Assembly: GCA_963724645.1 (NCBI GenBank)
Contig: CAVRVJ010000003.1
Location: 1,141,074-1,205,073, forward strand
Direction: 5' to 3'
Length of the DNA stretch: 64,000 nucleotides
Source of the DNA: an uncultured Acidobacteriota bacterium
Lineage (GTDB): Bacteria > Acidobacteriota > Vicinamibacteria > Vicinamibacterales > SCN-69-37
Numbering within the stretch: position 1 is the first letter of the stretch; every line of letters starts with the position of its first letter. Below the pieces are notes generated by a model. That model did no database searches and had not been told where the DNA came from. It saw only the letters and a list, made by a program, of their open reading frames with translations. Of the stretch, positions 58,601-64,000 are shown in pieces. A program made the translations under genes and the position numbers.

Positions 58601-59508
58601 TCGCAGGGTTGGGCGCCCTCTCCTACGTGTCGTCTGACTACGACGGGTTGGACTACAACTCGCTGCAGGTCAGCGCCCAGCGCCGGCTGGCTCATGGCCT
58701 CCAGATGGGCGGGGCCTACACGCTCGCGAAAGGCATGGGCATGCGCGGTTGGGACTTCCGGACGGAAGAGCTGGGTGGCGCGGCCGCACTGAAGCAGTTC
58801 TACTACGGACCGCTGATTTCCTCGGACCAGGGTCAGGAGCGCCGCCACGTGGCGGTCCTCAACTACAGCTACCAGATCCCCACGCTCGACAAGCCCGTGC
58901 TGAAGTACGTGTTGGGCGGATGGGAAGTGGCGGGCGTGTCGACCTTCGTCTCGGGTGACGCGGTCAACCCGAGCTGCGGCACTTCCGGCGTCTCGGGCAT
59001 CGCGAACACCGATCCGTCGCTGAGCGGCGTTGGCACGCGCTGCGAACTGGTGCCCGGACAGTCGCTGACCAGCGGCTACGACCCGACCGGCGGCGTGGCC
59101 GGCGTGGCGTTCGAAGACCAGGCGCACTTCAACCCGGCCGCCTTCCAGCGGCCGCTCCCGACCAACACGGCCTTCTCGACGACGGGCGTGCTCGGCGTGG
59201 GCGCGCAGGGCAACCTCGGCAACGCGCCCTATGGGGTGCTGCGCAACCCCGGCTGGTCGAACTGGGACGTCACGCTGTCACGTCGTCTGCCTATCAAGGT
59301 CGGACACGGCGGCAACGTGCGCCTCCAGCTCCAGTTCTACAACCTGTTCAACCAGGTGGAGTTCAACCAGATGAACACGTCGTACACGTTCACTTCGGCG
59401 AACGCGACCGGCGGTTTCGGCGGCGGCAATACCAACACGAACACCGGCAAGTACACCGGCGTGCAGAACCCGTACAACTTCTCGTTCACGGTCCGGTTCG
59501 ACTATTAA
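55603..59508 (+). CDS. Oar-like outer-membrane protein (carboxypeptidase-regulatory-like domain + TonB-dependent-receptor-type plug and barrel)
   Basis: Intact 1,301 aa. The signal is LGCALVLMCIASATSAFAQ. The N-domain is TLTGTIVDNAGVVPGATVTITNASNGQVRTATSDATGVFRIPTVNPGTYAIKIEMQGF. The plug-like region is VNVITNGYAAENGRGAGGQVIMTTKSGTN. The C-terminal beta-signal is YNFSFTVRFDY*. Confidence 0.85.
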   Translation: MDSRRGSRAWLLGCALVLMCIASATSAFAQQGQATLTGTIVDNAGVVPGATVTITNASNGQVRTATSDATGVFRIPTVNPGTYAIKIEMQGFKEISMNMPLLSGETRDLGKLTLSVGGRTETVNVTAEVTPVQTSSSALAKNLSGDMLTQVQVKGRDVFGMLKLLPGVVDASASRDFAQWNSGRSLTINGSQSLTKNTLIDGVPSGEEGGNGTTHITPNIDSVAEVNVITNGYAAENGRGAGGQVIMTTKSGTNQLKGSAWYNGRRDWMNKNDFFRLKQGNAKPFFAVNIYGFSVGGPVVIPGVMDSRKADKKTFFFGSTEQTSDVRPTAVAYVNLPTSLERAGDFSQTFIGKATGTRDGQFTSGQRNPIVLKNPNPAQWTDFFCAPGTGGLSGVGCAGGATATGIINPKYFNPLGTQMLNLLPLPNGQRNPAADQFNNANDASDTLPLHTRKNYLLRVDQVLSNKVRFSGRYLRDRDDSTSYNAMTQHVGSSDNIYNGDFFGGTMTWVVKPTVVNEISGGYTFDNYGFKSHPGALVASDYTQWFRGTFNPLLNQTLPDPPRLAPYPAAYLTYDPLSTMGSDQSGQLPYFPNMAFSGGNCTNCSQLQPGGPSNPMPRQNFNPRYTFSDDLSMVKGRHSFKMGFSLERNAKTEPGSGAVSGSFNFADSTGNPLSTSNGYANALLGIYTGYSEIDKRNDRNDTHWLGEGYVQDTWRMTPRFTLDYGVRFTHNGSMFEPRGYNSGFNPNLYDKSQVATLFQPYCATGVAGNVTCATANRLAYNPLQGAPGGANSYAQAFVGTAVPVTLGGNPNGITNGMFTGGLPGKKPGEYDSLKYMQYGPRVGFAWDVFGNGKTAIRGASGVFYNFFSCCNYPYNGGPLISLTRQVLNATIPDITTFSQSGNLAVTPANAGIPLELGATNYLAGNMIQPDDFQASRHYQANFAVQRDIGFNTVVEVAYVGNWGRHYYQGKTVNNIPVDAYAQTANLFNNDAISANFIRRNFAGLGALSYVSSDYDGLDYNSLQVSAQRRLAHGLQMGGAYTLAKGMGMRGWDFRTEELGGAAALKQFYYGPLISSDQGQERRHVAVLNYSYQIPTLDKPVLKYVLGGWEVAGVSTFVSGDAVNPSCGTSGVSGIANTDPSLSGVGTRCELVPGQSLTSGYDPTGGVAGVAFEDQAHFNPAAFQRPLPTNTAFSTTGVLGVGAQGNLGNAPYGVLRNPGWSNWDVTLSRRLPIKVGHGGNVRLQLQFYNLFNQVEFNQMNTSYTFTSANATGGFGGGNTNTNTGKYTGVQNPYNFSFTVRFDY

Positions 59509-59518
59509 GAGCCGATGG

Positions 59519-59594
59519 AACCCCGGGGCTTGAGCCCCGGGGTTCAACGTCACACACAACCCCGGTCGCACTCGCGTGCGGCCGGGGTTTTTTT
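59519..59594 (+). terminator. twin GC hairpins; the second is a canonical rho-independent terminator
   Basis: Hairpin 1 is aaccccggggc-ttga-gccccggggtt (59519-59544). Hairpin 2 is aaccccggtcgca-ctcgcg-tgcggccggggtt (59558-59589), followed by a T-run through 59594. Both are built on the same AACCCCGG / CCGGGGTT string. Confidence 0.85.
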
Positions 59595-59622
59595 ACGTAC
59601 GGCGAGTGTCATAGTCTTTGCC

Positions 59623-61423
59623 ATGGGCCGATCCTGGCGAGGCGCGCTCCTGCTGACATGGGTCGCACTCCTGTACGCGCCCTCCCTGAAGAACGGCTTC
59701 ACCTACGATGACGGCAAAGTGATCGCCGGCGCCTCTGCGCTGCTGAACCATCCCAGTCTGCTGCCGCGCCTTTTCTCCACCGACTATTTTCGGCTCTCCA
59801 ACGAGGCGACCTTCCGGCCCATTGTCACGCTCACGTACATGGTTGACTGGCAGATCGGCGCCGGCAGCCCCTGGGCGTTTCATCTGCAGAGCCTGCTCTG
59901 GCACCTCGCGGCCGTCGGCTGTCTGCTCTTGTTATTGAAAAAGCTCGGCGCAAGCGCGACCGTCGGTTATGCGAGTGCGGCCTTCTACGGCGTGCATCCG
60001 GCGTTGACGGAGGCCGTGGACAGCATCGCCTTTCGCGAGGATGTCTTGGTGACCACCTTCGGACTTCTGGGCCTGCTGTTCATGATTGGGAGTTGGCCGC
60101 GCCGCAGGGGCGTGCGGTTGGTTGTGGGCAGTGCCTGCTTCGCCGCGGCGATGTTGTCGAAGGAGTCCGGGGTGGTGTTTCTGTTCCTCCTGCCGCTCAC
60201 GCATTGGGTCATGGCTCGCCAAACGGTCTCTTTGAAGTCCTGGTGGCCCACGCGCTACCGAAGCGAATACCTCAGCCTCTCAGTGTGCACCGCGTCATAT
60301 CTAATCGTCCGTTTCGTCCTCTTGCCTTCACAGGGTGAATATGCCAAACGCATCGGTGATTCGTTGGCCCGCTCGCTGGCGACCGGGACGGTCGCGGTGG
60401 GCGACTACCTCCGACTGTTGGTCTACCCGAGCGCTCTGTGCGCCGACTATCGCGGTGTCGTCTCCTTCGTGACATCGGGGGCTGACTGGCGGTTCTGGGT
60501 CTCCTGTCGTCGCCATTCTTGGGCTCACGAGTCTTGCCTGGACGTGGCGCCGGCGGAACGCCCTGGCGTCGTGGGGCTGGGCGTGGTTTCTGATCGCCAT
60601 CTTGCCGGTATCGAATGCCATCCCCATTCCGGTTTTCATGGCCGAGCGCTTCCTGCACCTGCCGTTTGCCGGACTCATCGTGTTTGCCATGAGTTCACTG
60701 GCGTCGCTGGCGCCGTCAGTCCATGCGAGACAGCGGTATGCCCCCTTGGCAGTGGCGGCAATCCTTTTCGTGACCCTGAGTGAGTTGACGTGGGCGCGCC
60801 AGGACGCGTGGTCTTCCAATGAAGTCCTTTGGCGGACAACCCTCGCGGACCACCCCACCGCTTACGGGGCGCTGCATGGATATGGAATGGCCCTGATAGA
60901 GCGGCGCAGCTACGCCGAGTCGGTGCCTTACCTCCAACGGGCGCTCGAAAACACGACGATCGGCGACGAACGGCGGAGTATCGTGCTGGCTGACCTGGGA
61001 GGCGCGTATCTCGCGATGGGTCAGCTCGATTCAGCGAAGGAGGCCCTCGAGCACTCGCTGGCTGTGACTCCGAACGAACGGGCGTACTTGAATCTGGGCC
61101 TGGCCCTCGTTCGCCTCGGCCGCGTGGACGGCGCGGAGCAGGCCTTTCGCGCGGCTGGGCGACTCGCGCCCGGGATGGCAGAGGCCCACAGCAGCCTGGG
61201 CGCCGTGTTCGCCATGCAGAACAAGATCGACGAAGCGATTGCGGAGTATCGAGAGGCCGTCCGGCTCGAGCCGTCGCTCGCCTCCGCGCACGCCAATCTC
61301 GGCATGGCGTTGGCCGCGCAACGACGCACGGATGAAGCGATCGAACAACTCGAAACGGCGCTCCGAATCGATCCGAGTCTGGATCGAACGAGAGAGGTCC
61401 TGCGGAAGCTGACGCAGAGGTGA
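59623..61423 (+). pseudogene. TMTC-like polytopic membrane protein with C-terminal TPR repeats (PMT_2/DUF1736-type glycosyltransferase candidate), one frameshift near 60495-60505
   Basis: MGRSWRGALLLTWVALLYAPSLKNGFTYDD...FRPIVTLTYMVDW...WAFHLQSLLWH...GVHPALTEAVDSIAFREDVL...AAMLSKESG. After the shift it reads PVVAILGLTSLAW...LPVSNAIPIPVFMAERFLHLP. Several TPRs follow (AYLNLGLALVRLGRVDGAEQAFRAAGRLAPGMAEAHSSLGAVF...). Confidence 0.7.
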
Positions 61424-61429
61424 GACGGG

Positions 61430-61847
61430 CGGATGGTCCGCGCCAGTGAGTTTTTGGAAGCCGCGATGAAGGACGAGCCATCCGGGCGGACCGTTCTGGC
61501 GGAGATGCCCGCCGAGCCGCGCCTCGGGCGCGTGCGCGTGCGCGACCGACGGCTCCGTTCGGAGCGTGGCGCCGGCCCTCGTGGTGCCGAGCAGTTGCAC
61601 CTGTCGACGGGACCGCACCGTTGTCGCGACTTGATGGGGCTGCGCGCGGACGACTTGGTGGAGCAATAAGAGGCGCCACGCAATCGGGGCGAGCAAGGCC
61701 AACGCGATCAGGAGTGTCTGCAAGCTCTCGAGCTGCCGCTCTTCATAAGGCGCAGCCGGTCTTGAGCGCCTTGAAACACTCCTCGATCAGCCAGCGCGTA
61801 CGGTAGGCATCCACGATGCGCAGCACCTGGTCCGCCGTGTCGATCGC
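61430..61847 (-). mobile_element. IS4-family (Tn5-like) transposase gene remnant: C-terminal part only, with an internal frameshift
   Basis: The minus strand reads AIDTADQVLRIVDAYRTRWLIEECFKALKTGCAL, then a stop/1-nt shift near 61745, then EERQLESLQTLLIALALLAPIAWRLLLL...GPPGWLVLHRGFQKL. The YxxRWxIEExFKxLKxG...E signature is the IS4/Tn5 catalytic C-terminal region. The N-terminal part is cut off exactly at the TIR of the neighbouring element. The 3' limit is uncertain. Confidence 0.65.
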
Positions 61848-62202
61848 CTAAGGGCCTGTCAGACAATAACTGAATAAATATGGCTTGTACTGCCGTGGTC
61901 GTCATCGTACGGTCTGACCGTGCAGGTGACCACGCTCCGGGCGAAGCATGCGGCGCTGGCGCCGGTATTCACCGAGCGATTCGTGAGCCTCATCGGCGCC
62001 ACGCGCAGCCGCGCCGGCCTCCACGTGCGATCCGAGATTGATCGAGGCCGCCATCCCGACGGCGTGACCCTCACCGACGCCCAGATGGCGACCGTCCGGC
62101 TCGAACGGCACGCATTTCACGGCGACTGGAACTGTACGATTCATCCGACCATCCCACCATCCCACGGCGACGCTAATCAATAATTGTCTGACAGGCCCGT
62201 AG
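61848..62202 (+). mobile_element. 355-bp TIR-bounded deletion derivative (MITE-like) of an ISAzo13-type element
   Basis: 20-bp terminal inverted repeats cta(a/c)gggcctgtcagacaat lie at 61848-61867 and 62183-62202 (19/20 match). The interior ORF 61920..62183 ends GVTLTDAQMATVRLERHAFHGDWNCTIHP, resembling the conserved C-terminus of ISAzo13-family DDE transposases. Most of the transposase gene is absent. I see no unambiguous target-site duplication. Confidence 0.6.
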
Positions 62203-62397
62203 CGGTGAAGCGCGTGTATTGGCCGGCTCGGCGAGCCCGCAGTGTACGTTTGACGGCCTCGAAGATAATGTGTCCTCAAGGACAAACGTGCTCCTAATCA
62301 GCGACACTTGGCAGCCAGACTGCAAGTCACCATTGATGGCGTCGCGCTACTGCGGTTTCGCCCACACACCTTCTGCTCGAAGTGGTCAACGATAGAT

Positions 62398-64000
62398 ATG
62401 GCCAAGCGCAAGTCTCGGGCCAAGCGCAACTCTCGGGCGCAAGCTCCGGTCGAGCGGCCGCCCGGTGCGCCGCGCGCCATGTGGCTCGCGCTGCTCGTGA
62501 TCGCGTTCGTCGCGTACATGCCGGCGCTGTGGAACGGGTTCAGCTACGACGATGTCGTCGTAATCCGCGACGCCGACTACCTACTATCGCACCCATCACT
62601 CGCATTCAAACTGCTGAGCCCCGATTACTTCGCGCTCAGCGGTGAGTCGACGTACCGGCCCACGCTGACGCTCACGTACATGATCGACCATAGCTTGGGA
62701 GGCGGCGCACCTTGGGTGTTCCACCTGAACAGCGTTCTGTGGCACGTCGCCGCGGTCGCGTTGGTGTTCCGCACGCTCCTGCGGCTGCATGCCGGTTCTC
62801 TATCGGCGAGCGCAGTCGCGCTGCTGTTCGCGGTGCATCCGGCGCTCACCGAGGCCATCGACAGTGTGTCCCTCCGCGACGACGTCGTGTCCACAGCGCT
62901 CGGGCTGACTGCGCTTCTCTTGTTCATTCGGGTCAGCGAGCACCGCGGCATCGGCCGCTCCCTCCTGGCCGGCGCCTCCCTGCTCCTCGCGCAGCTGGCG
63001 AAGGAGTCCGCGTTCGTGTTCGTCGCTCTCATCCCCGTGACGCTCTGGTACCTGGGAAAGCCTGAGCCATCGCGTGACGGCCTGCGAGCGTTCCTGCGCG
63101 CGCACAGCAGAGTCCTGACCGCCACGGCGATGGCGGGCTTCGTGTTCTTGATCCTTCGCTTCGTCGTGTTCTCGTCCGGTGGCTACCCCGGCGGGTACCC
63201 CGGCGGCTCACCGTGGACGGGCGCGGCCACCGGCGTGCTCGCGATCGGCCACTACGTGCGGCTGCTGTTCGTCCCGGCGCCCCTCTCGGCCGACTACCGC
63301 GGCGTCATCGCGCCCGTGACTTCAATGGCTGACGGCCGGCTGTGGATGGCGGCGGTGGCGATCGGCATGATCGTGTCGCTTGCATGGCTCGGGCGATCGG
63401 GCGGCGCCGCTCGTCACCTGGGGCGTCGCGGTTTTTCTCATCGCGCTCGTGCCAGTCGCGAACCTTGTGCCGATCGCGGTGCCCATAGCCGAGCGCTACC
63501 TGTATCTGCCGTACATCGGCGGCCTCACTGCGCTGGTGATCGGCGTCGAGCATCTGCGCCGAACGGTCGGCCAGCGCCTACCGGCGTGGACGCCTCCCGT
63601 CGCCGTGGTACTCGCGGCGTGTTCGCTGGCATTCCTGACGTGGAGCCGCCACGGGGCTTGGAAAGACAACGAAAGCCTCTGGAGCACGACGCTCGCGGAC
63701 CATCCGGGCGCGTATGGTGCCATGCACGGGCTCGCCGTCGTCCGTCTGGACCAGGAACGCTTCGACGAGGCCGAGGCCCTGCTGCTGACTGCGCTGAAGT
63801 CACCGGCCATCGATGAGTGGAAGCGCGCCGCGATGCTCGATGACCTGGGCAGCACCTACGCCGCGGCGGGCAAGTTTGAGCAGGCGCTGCCCGTGTTCAT
63901 TCAGACCCTCGAACTGGGAGAGAGCGCAAGGCGCCACTTCAACCTGGGTCTCACACTCGTCGCCTTGGGCCGATACGAGGACGGCGAGCGGCACCTGCGA
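62398..64000 (+). pseudogene. second TMTC-like membrane/TPR protein (paralog), one frameshift near 63395-63405; runs off the window end
   Basis: MAKRKSRAKRNSRAQAP...WLALLVIAFVAYMPALWNGFSYDD...YRPTLTLTYMIDH...WVFHLNSVLWH...AVHPALTEAIDSVSLRDDVV...LAKESA. After the shift it reads PLVTWGVAVFLIALVPVANLVPIAVPIAERYLYLPY. TPRs follow (AMLDDLGSTYAAAGKFEQALPVFIQTLE...), still open at 64000. Confidence 0.7.

Noticed and set aside
62199-62300. Continuation of the interrupted IS4 transposase gene on the far side of the MITE-like element.
   Set aside because: None of the three minus-strand frames there gives a sequence I can join to the AIDTADQVLRIVDAYRTRW segment or recognise as IS4-like. The upstream part therefore appears deleted rather than merely split.

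Overview
High-GC bacterial chromosomal window, roughly 65-70% by eye. It is most likely from an Acidobacteria-type genome. The evidence is a PadR regulator next to a duplicated FtsX/MacB 'ADOP'-type permease, a 1,301-aa Oar-like outer-membrane protein, and many DUF1080, PVC-type heme-dehydrogenase and Tat-exported TIM-barrel genes. I support about 45 protein-coding loci plus several repeats and hairpins. I recognised no rRNA, tRNA or CRISPR array. Main content: (1) A set of exported genes that looks like periplasmic oxidative sugar/glycoside processing (2.9-19.5 kb and 37.2-44.4 kb). It comprises SMP-30 lactonase, ApbE, two roughly 1,000-aa dehydrogenase/HEAT/cytochrome-c proteins, three Tat TIM-barrel paralogs, two tandem DUF1080 genes and three tandem DUF1080+FG-GAP genes. 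(2) A sharply bounded, visibly GC-richer 10.5-kb molybdenum/tungsten block (25.1-35.5 kb): NAD-type formate dehydrogenase, MoaD-like, aldehyde:ferredoxin oxidoreductase, mobA and two moeA. Every gene in it is broken by many frameshifts, while the flanking genes are intact. (3) A tightly coupled seven-gene operon of unknown function (46.3-51.8 kb): a large mono-heme protein, two small c-type cytochromes, a Tat flavin amine oxidase and two small membrane proteins. (4) Transporters: OFA-family MFS, nucleoside:H+ symporter, lactate permease and an orphan amino-acid binding protein. (5) A VapBC toxin-antitoxin pair. (6) Two TMTC-like membrane/TPR paralogs separated by nested IS remnants. Non-coding structure includes a family of long palindromic elements, heptamer and octamer/nonamer repeat arrays in inverted orientation, and candidate operators. 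Frameshifts occur in many genes but are very unevenly distributed. I cannot tell from sequence alone whether they are assembly indels or real decay. All family assignments are from motif recognition, not database searches.
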